A DNA stretch of 64,000 nucleotides from positions 28,030 to 92,029 of the forward strand of contig DASUFL010000056.1 of assembly GCA_036274595.1 (NCBI GenBank), written 5' to 3'. The stretch's first letter is position 1. The number at the start of each line of letters is the position of its first letter. Source of the stretch: Candidatus Eiseniibacteriota bacterium (lineage in GTDB: Bacteria; Eisenbacteria; RBG-16-71-46; SZUA-252). The notes beneath the pieces were generated by a model, which searched no databases, was not told where the DNA came from, and saw only the letters and a program-made list of their open reading frames with translations. The position numbers were made by a program, and so were the translations under genes. Below, piece by piece: positions 46,841 to 56,906 of this stretch.

Positions 46841-48853
46841 GTGGAAGGACGGGCGCGAACCGCTTATGATTTCACGCTCGATACGGCACGCGACATTCGC
46901 TCGATCCCCACGGGACAACCCTTGATCCGACTGAACGGCATCGGCTACTCCATCGGCACGCGGACCCTGTTCTCCGACGTGGACTGGGTCGTGGGGCCGG
47001 GCGACCGAGTGGCGCTCGTGGGTCCGAACGGAGCGGGCAAGACGACGCTCCTCAAGATCATCCTCGGCGAGGTCACGCCCGAGAAGGGCACGCGCGTCGT
47101 CTCGAAAGGGACGCGCTTCGGCTACTTGCCGCAGGAGGCCGCCGAGAAGTTCGAGGGGACGGTGCTGGATCGCGCGCTCGACGCGCACCGGCATCTGATC
47201 GAGATGCGCGAGGAGCTGGACGCGCTCTACCAGGAGATCCCGACCCTCGAGCCCGGCCCGGAGATGGAGCGTCTCCTCGATCGCGCCGGCGAGCTGCAGC
47301 ATCACCTGGAGCAGCACAGCGAGCACGCGCTCGAGCCCGAGGCGCGCCGGGTTCTCGGCGGGCTCGGCTTCTCGCGCGCCGACCAGGACCGGCCGCTGTC
47401 GGAATTCTCGGGCGGGTGGCGCATGCGCGCCGCGCTCGCCGCGCTCCTCCTCACCGATCCGACGCTCCTCTTCCTCGACGAGCCGACGAATCACCTCGAT
47501 CTTCCCGCGCTCGAATGGCTCGAGGATTATCTCGAGGACTTCCACGGCGGGCTCGTGGTCGTGTCGCACGACCGCGTCTTCCTCGACCGCGTGACGACCG
47601 AGATCTGCGAGCTGGACCACGAGGAGCTCACGGAATATCCGATGTCGTTCACCGGCTATCTCGAGGAGCGCGAGCTGAGAAGGGAGCGCATCGAGGCGCA
47701 GAACGTCCAGCTCGACAAGAAGATCGCGCAGCTCGAGCGCTTCGCCGAGCGATTCGGCGCCAAGAACACGAAGGCGGCGCAGGCCCACAGCAAGCGGAAG
47801 CAGGCCGAGCGCCTCAAGGCGCGGCGCGTCGTGTTGCCGCGGAAGCCGAGGGGCATCCGCTTCACGTTCCCGCCGCCGCCTCACGTCGGCCGCTCGCTCA
47901 TCCGGCTCGAGGACGCATCCTTTGGCTACGACAGGCGCGACGTCTTCTCGGGAGCTTCGTTCGAGATCGAGCGGGGCGAGAAGGTGGCGATCGTGGGAGC
48001 CAACGGGGCCGGAAAGACCACGCTCCTTCGCGTGATCGCGGGGCAGCTCGAGCCGCGCCAGGGCGAGCGCGAGATCCATCAGGCCGCGCGGCCGGCGTTC
48101 TTCGCGCAGCACGCGGCCGAGATCCTGGACGGGACGCTCACGGTGCTCGAGGCGGTGGAGGAGGTGGCGACCGACGACGCGCGTCCGAGGCTGCGATCGC
48201 TCCTCGGGAGCTTCCTCTTCGTGGGCGATGACGTGTTCAAGCATTGCCGTATCCTGTCGGGCGGCGAGCGGCAGCGGGTCGCGATCGCGCGGCTCCTCCT
48301 CCAGCCGACGAACCTGCTCCTCCTCGACGAGCCGACGCATCACTTGGACCTCGCGGGGAAGGAGGTGCTCGAAGAGGCGCTGTCGCAGTATCCGGGCGCC
48401 GTGGTCGTCGTGACGCACGATCGCTCGCTCATGGCCCGGCTCGCGACGCGGATTCTCGCGGTCAGGGACGGACGGGTGGAGCTCTATCCGGGCGGCTATG
48501 ACGACTACGAGGCGGCCCGGCTCGCGGAGTCGGAGGGCCGCGCTCCCCAGCCCTCGCCGGATGGGCACGCCACGTCGGGGAAGCCGGCCAAGCAGAAGGC
48601 CGAGCACGAGCGGAAGGACGACAAGCGCCGCGCCGCCGAATCGAAGCGGCGGACCCAGGAGATCGAGAAGCTGGAGCGGGAGATCGAGGGAAAGGAATCC
48701 GAGCTCAAGACGCTCGAAGCCCAGCTGGCCGACCCCCAGGTGTACGCTCTGCCCCCGCGCTCGCGCGAGCTGCTCGCGCGATACGAGCATCTCAAGGCGG
48801 ATGTGGAAGCGTCCTGGGCCAGGCTCGAGACGCTGAGCGAAGCGAAGTCCTGA
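46841..48853 (+). CDS. ABC-F family ATPase (Uup/EttA-like, two ABC domains, no TM)
   Basis: Two Walker A sites are GPNGAGKTTLLK and GANGAGKTTLLR. Two signatures are FSGGWRMR and LSGGERQRV, with Walker B LLFLDEPTNHLD and LLLLDEPTHHLD. A coiled-coil C-terminal tail is present. The start is uncertain: GTG at 46841 or TTG at 46922 (MIRLNGIGYS…). Confidence 0.85.
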   Translation: MEGRARTAYDFTLDTARDIRSIPTGQPLIRLNGIGYSIGTRTLFSDVDWVVGPGDRVALVGPNGAGKTTLLKIILGEVTPEKGTRVVSKGTRFGYLPQEAAEKFEGTVLDRALDAHRHLIEMREELDALYQEIPTLEPGPEMERLLDRAGELQHHLEQHSEHALEPEARRVLGGLGFSRADQDRPLSEFSGGWRMRAALAALLLTDPTLLFLDEPTNHLDLPALEWLEDYLEDFHGGLVVVSHDRVFLDRVTTEICELDHEELTEYPMSFTGYLEERELRRERIEAQNVQLDKKIAQLERFAERFGAKNTKAAQAHSKRKQAERLKARRVVLPRKPRGIRFTFPPPPHVGRSLIRLEDASFGYDRRDVFSGASFEIERGEKVAIVGANGAGKTTLLRVIAGQLEPRQGEREIHQAARPAFFAQHAAEILDGTLTVLEAVEEVATDDARPRLRSLLGSFLFVGDDVFKHCRILSGGERQRVAIARLLLQPTNLLLLDEPTHHLDLAGKEVLEEALSQYPGAVVVVTHDRSLMARLATRILAVRDGRVELYPGGYDDYEAARLAESEGRAPQPSPDGHATSGKPAKQKAEHERKDDKRRAAESKRRTQEIEKLEREIEGKESELKTLEAQLADPQVYALPPRSRELLARYEHLKADVEASWARLETLSEAKS

Positions 48854-48864
48854 AAGGGGCGAGG

Positions 48865-50520
48865 TTGGCGGAATCCAAGAAGAAGGCCATGGCGGCGCCC
48901 AAGCTCGGCACGCCCACCGGGATGACGACCACGGCCCGGAGCCGCTGGCACACGCTGCCGCCCGAGCTCTTGAACCAGGCGTGCAAGCGGGTGCGCATCA
49001 TGATCGCCTCGGTCGGGTGCCTCTGGCTCATCGCCTTCATCATGGACATTGTGATCGCGCGCGTCCTCAAGCACCATCACATGGGCGACATGATCATGAT
49101 GGACCGGTTCCCCGCGAACGTGATCGGATGGACCGGCCTCCTGTCCGCGATCGTCGTGCTGTTCGTGATCCGGCGCTTCAAGTGGGCGCCCCGCACGCTC
49201 ATCAACATCGGGGTCGTGTACCAGATCTTCACGGCCGCCCTCGTCGCGCTCCTGACCAACCTGAATCCGCACTTCGGCGAGGGACGGATCTCCTGGCTCT
49301 GCATGATCATCCTGATCCAGCCCGCGGTCGTTCCCACGCCGCCGATCAAGACGCTCGTCGCATCCCTGATCATCGCGACCATGGATCCGATCGCGGTGTG
49401 GATCGCCCACCTTCGGGGCGCGCCCATTCCCGCTGACGCGTTCATCCTCACGTGGGCGTTCCTCCCCAACTACATCTGCGTGGGTCTCGCGATGCTCCCG
49501 TCCGCGGTCATCATGGGGCTGAGCCGGCAGGTGAACGAGGCGCGGGAGCTGGGGAGCTATCTCCTGGGCGATCTGATCGGAAAGGGAGGCATGGGGGAGG
49601 TCTACCACGCCCGGCATCGCATGCTGGCGCGTCCCGCGGCCATCAAGCTGATCCGCCCCGAGTCGCTCGGCGCGGCCGACATGAAAGCCGCGCAGGCCAT
49701 GATCCAGCGCTTCCGCCGCGAGGCGCAGGCCGCGGCCTCGCTCAAGTCGCCGCACACGATCGTGCTCTACGACTTCGGCGTGACGGACGATGGGGTGTTC
49801 TACTACGTCATGGAGCTCCTCGATGGGTTCGACCTGGAGACCCTGGTGAAGCGGTTCGGGCCGGTCTCGCCGGAGCGCGCCATCCATCTCCTGAGTCACA
49901 CCTGTCAGTCGCTCGCGGAGGCGCACGCGCGCGGGCTCGTCCACCGCGACGTGAAGCCCTCGAACATCTTCACGTGCCGCCTGGGACTCCAGGTGGACTA
50001 CGCGAAGGTGCTCGACTTCGGACTCGTGAAGGTGGCGCGTGACGCCGAGATGGGCGCGGGCACGGTGCTCATGACCAATCCCGACGTCACGACGGGAACA
50101 CCCGCGTTCATGGCTCCGGAGATGGCGCTGGGCGACGCGGTCGACCACCGGGCCGACATCTACGCGCTCGGCTGCGTCGGCTACTGGCTCCTCACGGGCC
50201 GGCTCGTGTTCGAGGCCGATACTCCGGTCAAGATGATGCTCCAGCACATCCAGTCCACGCCCAAGCGGCCCTCGGAGCTGAGCGAGATCGCCATCCCGGC
50301 CGAGCTGGAGCGGGCGCTCCTCCGCTGTCTCGCCAAGAAGCCCGAGGATCGCCCGCAGACGGCGGACGAGCTCTACCGTCTCCTCGACTCCGTGCCGATC
50401 GCGGAGCGCTGGACGAAGGAGAGAGCCTCCTCCTGGTGGGACGTCCACAGTCCCGCGTCCGCGCCCATCACGAAGCTCCACGAGGAAACGCCGATCGCCA
50501 CGATGCACGTGGTGAAGTAG
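48865..50520 (+). CDS. Membrane-anchored Ser/Thr protein kinase (N-terminal multi-TM domain, C-terminal kinase)
   Basis: The N-terminal ~230 aa have about 6 TM helices. The kinase domain is GKGGMGEVYHARH…AIK…HRDVKPSNIF…DFG…APE. Confidence 0.8.
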   Translation: MAESKKKAMAAPKLGTPTGMTTTARSRWHTLPPELLNQACKRVRIMIASVGCLWLIAFIMDIVIARVLKHHHMGDMIMMDRFPANVIGWTGLLSAIVVLFVIRRFKWAPRTLINIGVVYQIFTAALVALLTNLNPHFGEGRISWLCMIILIQPAVVPTPPIKTLVASLIIATMDPIAVWIAHLRGAPIPADAFILTWAFLPNYICVGLAMLPSAVIMGLSRQVNEARELGSYLLGDLIGKGGMGEVYHARHRMLARPAAIKLIRPESLGAADMKAAQAMIQRFRREAQAAASLKSPHTIVLYDFGVTDDGVFYYVMELLDGFDLETLVKRFGPVSPERAIHLLSHTCQSLAEAHARGLVHRDVKPSNIFTCRLGLQVDYAKVLDFGLVKVARDAEMGAGTVLMTNPDVTTGTPAFMAPEMALGDAVDHRADIYALGCVGYWLLTGRLVFEADTPVKMMLQHIQSTPKRPSELSEIAIPAELERALLRCLAKKPEDRPQTADELYRLLDSVPIAERWTKERASSWWDVHSPASAPITKLHEETPIATMHVVK

Positions 50521-50532
50521 GGCGGCCCGCTC

Positions 50533-52266
50533 CTACCGGAGTAGCTCGTAGGCGGCGTCGTCTCCGAAGCGCGCGCGTGGAAGGAGCCGCTTCTGGAGGG
50601 CGAGCGATCTCTCGAGGTCCTCCCGTCGCTCGGGCGGGACATCTCCGAAATGGACGATCAGCAGCTTTCCGCCCATTCGACCCAGCGCATCGAGTGCCGG
50701 ATCGTTCGGGAAGTCCTGCATCGCGAGACGAAACGATCGGTACCTCGGCGAGATGAACCCACTCGATCCGTCGAGTCGCGGCTGGCCGTGCACCAGAACG
50801 AGCAATTGACGGTACGAATCGACCGCGGTCTCGTCGCTGTCCTGGCGCGGCACGGGTAGCTCCAAGAAGGGAGTCCCCGCAGGCTGGGTCGCGAGCCACG
50901 CGTACATCGCGGGGATCCTGTCCAGCTTCGGAATCGAAGCCGTCGGGATCGGGCGGATCCAGGAATCCAGGAACAGGAAGACGATCGCGAGCGCCACGAG
51001 CCATGCGGCGAGTCTCGCGTTTCGCTTTCGGATCCAGCTCCAGCTGTGCCCCGCGACCACGGCCAGGCCGAGAGCGACCAGAACGGACAGTCGGGCCGGG
51101 GCCCGCATGCTGGCGAACCCCGGAAGCGTCGAGTAGAGGAGAGCGTAGGGGAGAGGAATCCACAGGAGGCGTCCCGCGACGTGGAGAACGGGTCCCAAGG
51201 ACAGGACGAGGCCGATGGCGGACAAGAACAGCATGGCCCCGGGATCGCCCAAGAGGTTCAGCCTCGCGCGTAGCGAGGCCCAGGCCGATGCCTGCCGGTG
51301 GCCTACCGCCCGATCCGGCGGACGCTTCAAGCCTGCGACGAGCCAGATCGCCGTGAGTAGAACGACGGCCGTGCCGGGCCAATAGGACTGTTCTCCAGAG
51401 GGCGTCCCGAGTCTCGCCGCCGCCGGAGAGCTTGGGTTCCATCGCACATAGTCCGTGAGGTCGGCCGAGTACAGAGCGGTCTCGCCGAGCGACCGTCTGA
51501 ACTCGGGCAGCGCGTGCCGCTGCTCGATGTAGGGCCACGTGACCGGCACGATGGCCGCCAGGGCGGCCAGGAGCAATCCCACCCAGAGGAGGCGGTGCTC
51601 CCGTGGCGGTGTCTGCCCCCGCACGAGGGCCAGGTAGGAACCGACGACGACGACGGCAATCGCGAGATAGTAGGCGTAATACCACCCGAAGTAGACCTGG
51701 GCCGTGAGCGTGCCCACGACGCCGACCGCATCGCGGACCTTCCTTCGGCGCAGATAGCGGACCAGGAACAGGAGTCCAAGCGGGAGGAACTGGGTCTGGA
51801 GCTGATTGAGGAGATCGATTTGCGCGAGTCGGTAGGAGCTGAACGCGAACCAGGCCCCGCTCAGAACCGCCCCAGCTCGAGGGATTCCGAGAAGTCGGGC
51901 CAGCCGGTAGGTGGCCCACGCCGACAGGACGAACGAGGCCAGCAGCAGTCCGTTGTACGCCGCGGGCAATGAATTCCACCCTCGGAGAAGCGGCCAAGCC
52001 AGGATCGTTTCACCCGTCATGTGGTCCATGTACGTCAGCGTTCGGGGTTCCGGGAAGAAGATCGGCGGATGGAACAGTCGCGACGGATTCGTCGCGAGCG
52101 CCATCCGGTCCCACCCGATGAGAAACGTCTGCAGGAAGGGATCGAATTGGGTCTTGGACAGGGGAATGGACGACGAATAGCGGGCGACCACCGGCCATAG
52201 CCAGACGATGGTGATCAGGGCGTACGCGGGCAGCACGAACCAGGAGCGGTACCGGTCCCGGCTCAT
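50533..52266 (-). CDS. Polytopic membrane protein, possible GT-C-fold glycosyltransferase-like
   Basis: 577 aa with 10 or more TM helices. ATG at 52266 overlaps the upstream stop (ATGA). No family assigned with certainty. Confidence 0.55.
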   Translation of the reverse strand: MSRDRYRSWFVLPAYALITIVWLWPVVARYSSSIPLSKTQFDPFLQTFLIGWDRMALATNPSRLFHPPIFFPEPRTLTYMDHMTGETILAWPLLRGWNSLPAAYNGLLLASFVLSAWATYRLARLLGIPRAGAVLSGAWFAFSSYRLAQIDLLNQLQTQFLPLGLLFLVRYLRRRKVRDAVGVVGTLTAQVYFGWYYAYYLAIAVVVVGSYLALVRGQTPPREHRLLWVGLLLAALAAIVPVTWPYIEQRHALPEFRRSLGETALYSADLTDYVRWNPSSPAAARLGTPSGEQSYWPGTAVVLLTAIWLVAGLKRPPDRAVGHRQASAWASLRARLNLLGDPGAMLFLSAIGLVLSLGPVLHVAGRLLWIPLPYALLYSTLPGFASMRAPARLSVLVALGLAVVAGHSWSWIRKRNARLAAWLVALAIVFLFLDSWIRPIPTASIPKLDRIPAMYAWLATQPAGTPFLELPVPRQDSDETAVDSYRQLLVLVHGQPRLDGSSGFISPRYRSFRLAMQDFPNDPALDALGRMGGKLLIVHFGDVPPERREDLERSLALQKRLLPRARFGDDAAYELLR

Positions 52267-54188
52267 GGATCGGTCCGTTGCTTCACCCGCCACGTCTCGA
52301 GCTTCGCGAGCACCTCGGCGCTCTCCCTGTCTCCCGGCTTCACCTCCTGGAGCCGGCGCGCCATCTCCTTCGCCTGCGCGAAGTACTCGCTCCCGTAGAA
52401 CATCGCCATCCAGTAGCGGAGCGCCTCGGGATCGCGCGGTGAGATGCCAAACACGCGGTACGCCTGCCCATCGAGCGCGGGGGAGCGCGACGGCTGCGCG
52501 ATCACGCGGGCGATGGCGTCGATCGCGATGCCGTGAGGCAGAGGCGGCGCCGATCGGAGAATCCGCTCTGCTCCCGTCGAGTCCCCGCGCGCGTAGAGCA
52601 CCATGGCGGCGAGCCTCAGGTCGTGGGAGCGGACGAGGAGATGGGGCTCGGTGTTCGCGAGACGAAGGAGGATGCGGACCGCGCGATCGGGGTCGCCCGT
52701 GGCCGCGACGCCGCGCGCGTAGGTCCCGATCACGACCCGGATCTCGGGCATCCGGGGGGGTGCGCCGCTCGACCGGACCGAGGGGATGTCGGGATCGATC
52801 TGAATCAGGTCCCGATCCTCCGTGATGCGGAGCAGGATCTCGTGCGGCGCGCCCGCCATGCGCCGCTCCGGATCGAGCACCTGGATCGTCGGGTCGTTGT
52901 ACCAGATCCGCGCCGCCTGTCCGTCGACCAGGGTTCCGTGAATTCCCGCCATGCCGCTGGCCGCCACCGAGACGAGGACCTGGGTGCCATGGGGCAGCGT
53001 CGGGTAGAGCTCCCGAAATTTCCGCTCCAGGCCGCGCGTCGCGCGCTCGCCGTCGATGAAGCTCCGCTCGGTGAGGAGGGCGCCGCTCGGATCGTGCACG
53101 CCGCGGCTCCAGAGCCCGAGCGCCAGGTAGACGGCGAGCGCGAACGCGGACACCGCGGCCTCGGTCCGCGCGAGAACGATGCCCAGCGCGATCGAGGTGC
53201 CCAGAGCGGGAATGCAGACGAAGTACGCGGCCCACCGGCGGACCACGAGCGACGGAAGCAGGAGCGCCGGAATCGTGAGGAGCGCCCCGAGCAGGACCGC
53301 GCGTCGCGGGGTGAGCGCGCCTGTGGGGCCGTGTCCCGCCCGGCGCGTCAGGACGAGGGCCAGGACGCCCAGGACCCAGGCGGCGGCCGAATAGGCGATC
53401 CGGTCCGCGGGCCATGGCGTCCCGAGCCCCGTCGCCGGAGCGTTGAAGAGGGCGCGCCAGTAGCCCCTCCACTCGAGAAACACCATCGTCTGGTTCTGGA
53501 ATCCGACGTAGCTCTTCGGCTCCTCGTTCAACTGGCCGGTCACGAGAAGGCGGATGCCGGGATGGAGCGCGGCCCATGCAACCGCGACCGCGCCGAACGC
53601 GAGGAGCGGAACGAGCACGCGCGCCGGCTTCCGGCCGAGAAGGAGATCCCAGAGCACGAGCACGGGCAAAGCCGCGCCGATCGCTTCCTTGGAGAGGAGC
53701 GCCATCAGCATCGCGATCACGGCCCATGCGGTGTGTCCCCGGTCGTGGAGGTCGAGCGCCACGAGGAAGAAGAGGATCGCCGCGAGGTCCTGTGCGCCGC
53801 TCGCCCAGCCCACGAGGCTGGCGGCGGGCGCGATGCCGGCGAAGAGGAGCCCGGCGAGGAGCCCAGCGCGCGTGCCCGCATGCCGCGCGATGACGATCGC
53901 GAGGAGCCAGGCCGACAAAGCGAGCATCGCCAGGTTCGCGAGATGCGACGCGATCGCTCCCGCGTCACCGGCAAAGGCGAGCGGGAGGAAGTAGAGCCCC
54001 TGGGTGAGCGGCCGGTAGAACGCGGCGCCCTGTACGTACTCGAGGCACGCGGCAAGGCCGCGCTGCGCCCGCGTGAGGAAGTAGTAGTCGTCCCAGAAGT
54101 AGCCGAGCCGGAGCATCGGGAGCGCGAGCGCGATCGCCGCGAGTGGCGGCGCGAGGAGAGTCAAGCGCCGCGCGGCGCCGCCGCTCAT
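52263..54188 (-). CDS. Polytopic membrane protein with C-terminal TPR-like domain, GT-C (PMT/ArnT-like) glycosyltransferase candidate
   Basis: The first extracytoplasmic loop carries LRLGYFWDDYYFLT, a DD/DE-type motif characteristic of GT-C enzymes. About 10 TM helices, then a helical repeat tail (…ALRYWMAMFYGSEYFAQAKEMARRL…). ATG at 54188 overlaps the upstream stop (ATGA). Confidence 0.55.
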   Translation of the reverse strand: MSGGAARRLTLLAPPLAAIALALPMLRLGYFWDDYYFLTRAQRGLAACLEYVQGAAFYRPLTQGLYFLPLAFAGDAGAIASHLANLAMLALSAWLLAIVIARHAGTRAGLLAGLLFAGIAPAASLVGWASGAQDLAAILFFLVALDLHDRGHTAWAVIAMLMALLSKEAIGAALPVLVLWDLLLGRKPARVLVPLLAFGAVAVAWAALHPGIRLLVTGQLNEEPKSYVGFQNQTMVFLEWRGYWRALFNAPATGLGTPWPADRIAYSAAAWVLGVLALVLTRRAGHGPTGALTPRRAVLLGALLTIPALLLPSLVVRRWAAYFVCIPALGTSIALGIVLARTEAAVSAFALAVYLALGLWSRGVHDPSGALLTERSFIDGERATRGLERKFRELYPTLPHGTQVLVSVAASGMAGIHGTLVDGQAARIWYNDPTIQVLDPERRMAGAPHEILLRITEDRDLIQIDPDIPSVRSSGAPPRMPEIRVVIGTYARGVAATGDPDRAVRILLRLANTEPHLLVRSHDLRLAAMVLYARGDSTGAERILRSAPPLPHGIAIDAIARVIAQPSRSPALDGQAYRVFGISPRDPEALRYWMAMFYGSEYFAQAKEMARRLQEVKPGDRESAEVLAKLETWRVKQRTDP

Positions 54189-56425
54189 TCCCGCTTTTCC
54201 TCTCGCCGGATCTCGTCGAGCCGGATCACGATCGACGCGCTCGAGTCGAGAAGGTCGTTCAAGACCTGGTCGGGTGCGCGCGCTGGACCTGCCCGGCGGG
54301 GACGGTTGTCCTCGAGGTAGGGCCAGAGTGCCTTTCGAATGTCCGGCGGAAGGGTCGTCTCCAGGTATTCGAGCGCCGTGCCGCGGAGGAGCGGATCGGT
54401 CGCGTGGAGCCCTTTGAACGCGATCTTGAGCGGCTGCCTCGGCAGCGCGAGCGCGAGGAGCGTGAACACGTGTTCGAGGCTCCGGTTCGCTCTGTCCTTG
54501 AGCACCTCGTCCATGACCGGAGACCACGAGTCGTCGTCCATCCGGTCGAGCACCTTCCGGCTCTCCCAGACACCGGATCCCGCCAGCACCTCGCGCAGCA
54601 CGGCCGCGAAGGCCTCGTCCGGCGGGACCGTGAGCGTGGCCTTGAGCTCCGCCAGGTGGGCGAGTCCGCGCCCGCACCGATAGCGCACCTCGAATCGCGG
54701 ATCGCGGAGCCCTCCCAGGAGCGCCTGCACGGCGCGCGGATCTTGAAACGTCGCGAGAACGAGCGGGATGCGCCGGCGGATCGTGAACTCGACCTCGGGA
54801 TCGAGGAGCGAGTCCTCGAGCGCGCCGATGGCATCGGGGGTCGCGCGGCGCAGCGCCGAGAGCGCGTCGGACGCCACCTCGTCCCAGGCGAGCAGCGGGA
54901 TGACGTGTGTCGCGAGCGTCCCGTCGATCCGCACCGCGGCCAGCGCGCGGCGCACGCGCGGCACGTCGCGCGAATGGAGATCGCGGATGCGAGCCAGCTC
55001 GACCGCGGCCTCGCCGTCCGCCTCGACGCGGAGGGACGCCGTCGAGCCCGGCGCCACTGCGTCCGACCTGGGCACTTGGAGGATCTGGCTCAGGGCGAGA
55101 GGGCCCAGCGTCTGGAGCACCGTGGAGCGGGTGGTCGCATCCTGCACGTCTTGGATGTCGAGCTGAACGGCTCGCGACACGAGACCCCGCGCGAGCGCGC
55201 TCACGTAGCCCCGGTGGAGCCCCCACGCGAGGAAGAATCCGGCCGTGGAGATCGCCGAGGCCATGAAGAGGAGCACCGTGCCCTGCCGTCCCTCGAGGCC
55301 GACGAGGAGGACCGCCTGCGCGAGCCCGGCGGCGATGATGTCCCCCGCGCGCGCGGTCCCGACGTCGGCGAGCGACTTGATGGCCCGCTTCTCCCGCTGC
55401 GGGACAGGGGTGAAGAGCACCTCGTAGCCCGCGCGGAAGAGCGAGTTCGAGAGCACCGACTCGACCGCGCGGGCCGCGATGGTCGGGCCGAGCCCCGGGA
55501 TCGCGGCCGCCGTCGCCGAGGCGATCGCCACGCCTCCGGGAAGCGCCGCCGCGGATCGCGCCGGGCCGAGGCGCTCGAGCACCCAGCGGCTGAGCGACGT
55601 CTGCACCAGCACCGTCACGAGCGAGGTGGCCGTGTAGAAGTAGGCGAAGAACCGGAGCAGACTCCCCTGTTCGCTCATGGCCAAGGACGCCCGGCCCTTG
55701 AGCACGAGATCGATCAGCCCCTCGCTGATCGTGGCGAGGAGGACGAGGTTGATGAGCCCGCGGATGTAGGGCGTCCTCGCCACCACCGCGTGCGGATTCA
55801 AGTGCTCCTCGCGGGGCGTCGGGGTCTCCGGCCCGCGCACGCCCGTGATGGGGTGCGATGTCGACGCGACGCGCGCGATGGCGGCGGCGCAGACGAAGTG
55901 GAACGCCGCGAGGATCGGGATCATGGTGGTGAGCGGGAGCGCGCCCGCGATCTGCGACGCCACGAATCCGCCCAGGAGCCCGCCCACGGTCGCCGCGGCG
56001 GTGATGCGGCCTAGCTGGCGCTTGGCGGAGCGCGGATCGAACCGCTCGTTCATGAACTGCCAGAAGCCGGATACGAGGAGGGCGCCTAGGCAGCCGTAGT
56101 GCGCGTAGAGAAGGATCGACGCGGGCCCTGGGGCGACGAACGACACGCCCCACTCGACGAGCATCAAGAGACCGCTCACGAGAAACGCGGTCGGGATCAG
56201 GCGCTCCGGCCCCCACGCGCTGAGCGCCCGCGTCGACCCGTACGCCAGTGCGAGCGACGCGGCCGACGTCACCGCCACCATCGCGGGAAGGTACCGAACC
56301 GGATACATGGACAGGAAGAACGCGTCCCGGGTCGCCTTGGCGCCGACCTGGTAGGCGATCATGGCCACGGCCGCGACGCTCGCGGCGAGGAGGAACGAAC
56401 GGGTATCGCGCGGGGCGGAGGTCAA
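54185..56425 (-). CDS. Transporter-like 12-TM domain (MFS/TLC-like) fused to C-terminal HEAT-repeat domain
   Basis: N-terminal …RDAFFLSMYP… plus about 12 TM helices. The C-terminal ~300 aa have PBS-lyase-type HEAT repeats (…LLGGLRDPRFEVRYRCGRGLAHL…LHATDPLLRGTALEYLE…). The start is uncertain: TTG at 56425 or ATG at 56362. Confidence 0.6.
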   Translation of the reverse strand: MTSAPRDTRSFLLAASVAAVAMIAYQVGAKATRDAFFLSMYPVRYLPAMVAVTSAASLALAYGSTRALSAWGPERLIPTAFLVSGLLMLVEWGVSFVAPGPASILLYAHYGCLGALLVSGFWQFMNERFDPRSAKRQLGRITAAATVGGLLGGFVASQIAGALPLTTMIPILAAFHFVCAAAIARVASTSHPITGVRGPETPTPREEHLNPHAVVARTPYIRGLINLVLLATISEGLIDLVLKGRASLAMSEQGSLLRFFAYFYTATSLVTVLVQTSLSRWVLERLGPARSAAALPGGVAIASATAAAIPGLGPTIAARAVESVLSNSLFRAGYEVLFTPVPQREKRAIKSLADVGTARAGDIIAAGLAQAVLLVGLEGRQGTVLLFMASAISTAGFFLAWGLHRGYVSALARGLVSRAVQLDIQDVQDATTRSTVLQTLGPLALSQILQVPRSDAVAPGSTASLRVEADGEAAVELARIRDLHSRDVPRVRRALAAVRIDGTLATHVIPLLAWDEVASDALSALRRATPDAIGALEDSLLDPEVEFTIRRRIPLVLATFQDPRAVQALLGGLRDPRFEVRYRCGRGLAHLAELKATLTVPPDEAFAAVLREVLAGSGVWESRKVLDRMDDDSWSPVMDEVLKDRANRSLEHVFTLLALALPRQPLKIAFKGLHATDPLLRGTALEYLETTLPPDIRKALWPYLEDNRPRRAGPARAPDQVLNDLLDSSASIVIRLDEIRREEKRE

Positions 56426-56430
56426 GGCGT

Positions 56431-56458
56431 GAGAATAACCCGGCGAAGCAGCGCCGGG
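56431..56458 (-). terminator. Hairpin CCCGGCG-CTGCTT-CGCCGGG followed by TTATTCTC between the anti-sigma gene and the transporter-HEAT gene
   Basis: A 7-bp stem with a 6-nt loop and a U-rich tail on the minus strand, 20 nt downstream of the anti-sigma stop. Confidence 0.5.
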
Positions 56459-56477
56459 CGGAACGACCTTGGTGAGG

Positions 56478-56906
56478 CTACGGCCCGCGCCGGCCGGTGA
56501 GCGCGAGGATCAGGGCGCGCTCGGCCGCGCGCCAGGTGCGCCACAACAGGGCGACGATGAGGAGGGCGCTCATCACGATCAGCGTGAGGAGAGGGGCGGG
56601 GTCGAGATCTCGGGCGAGAGTCGCGGCCCCATTCCACACCCACGCGTTCACGAGAGCCGCGCCGCCGAAAAGCCGTTCCGGCCACCACGACTTGAGCAGC
56701 GCGAGGACGATGGCGGCGGTGAGCCCGACCGCGGCGACCGGATCGCTCGCCGCGAGCAGCCAGGTCGGGACGGGGCGCGCCTCCTCCACGGGGGTCGCGG
56801 CGACGCGGGCCATCACCCGGTCCGCGAAGTGGGTCGGCGCCGAGATCGGCTCCGGCTTCACGCGGAGCACCTCCTCCGCCCAGCGCTCGAGATCCCTATC
56901 GTCCAC
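56478..56906 (-). CDS. Putative anti-sigma factor (single-pass membrane)
   Basis: The gene overlaps the 3' end of the ECF sigma gene by 11 nt. The 142-aa product has TM helices (LTAAIVLALL…LLTLIVMSALLIVALLW). The call rests on context. Confidence 0.5.
   Translation of the reverse strand: MDDRDLERWAEEVLRVKPEPISAPTHFADRVMARVAATPVEEARPVPTWLLAASDPVAAVGLTAAIVLALLKSWWPERLFGGAALVNAWVWNGAATLARDLDPAPLLTLIVMSALLIVALLWRTWRAAERALILALTGRRGP

Noticed and set aside
50533-56216. 1064-aa and 1317-aa ORFs (50533..53727 and 52263..56216, minus strand)
   Set aside because: Their N-terminal halves are low-complexity Arg/Gly/Pro-rich translations of neighbouring genes in wrong frames. The real genes start at the internal ATGs 52266 and 54188.
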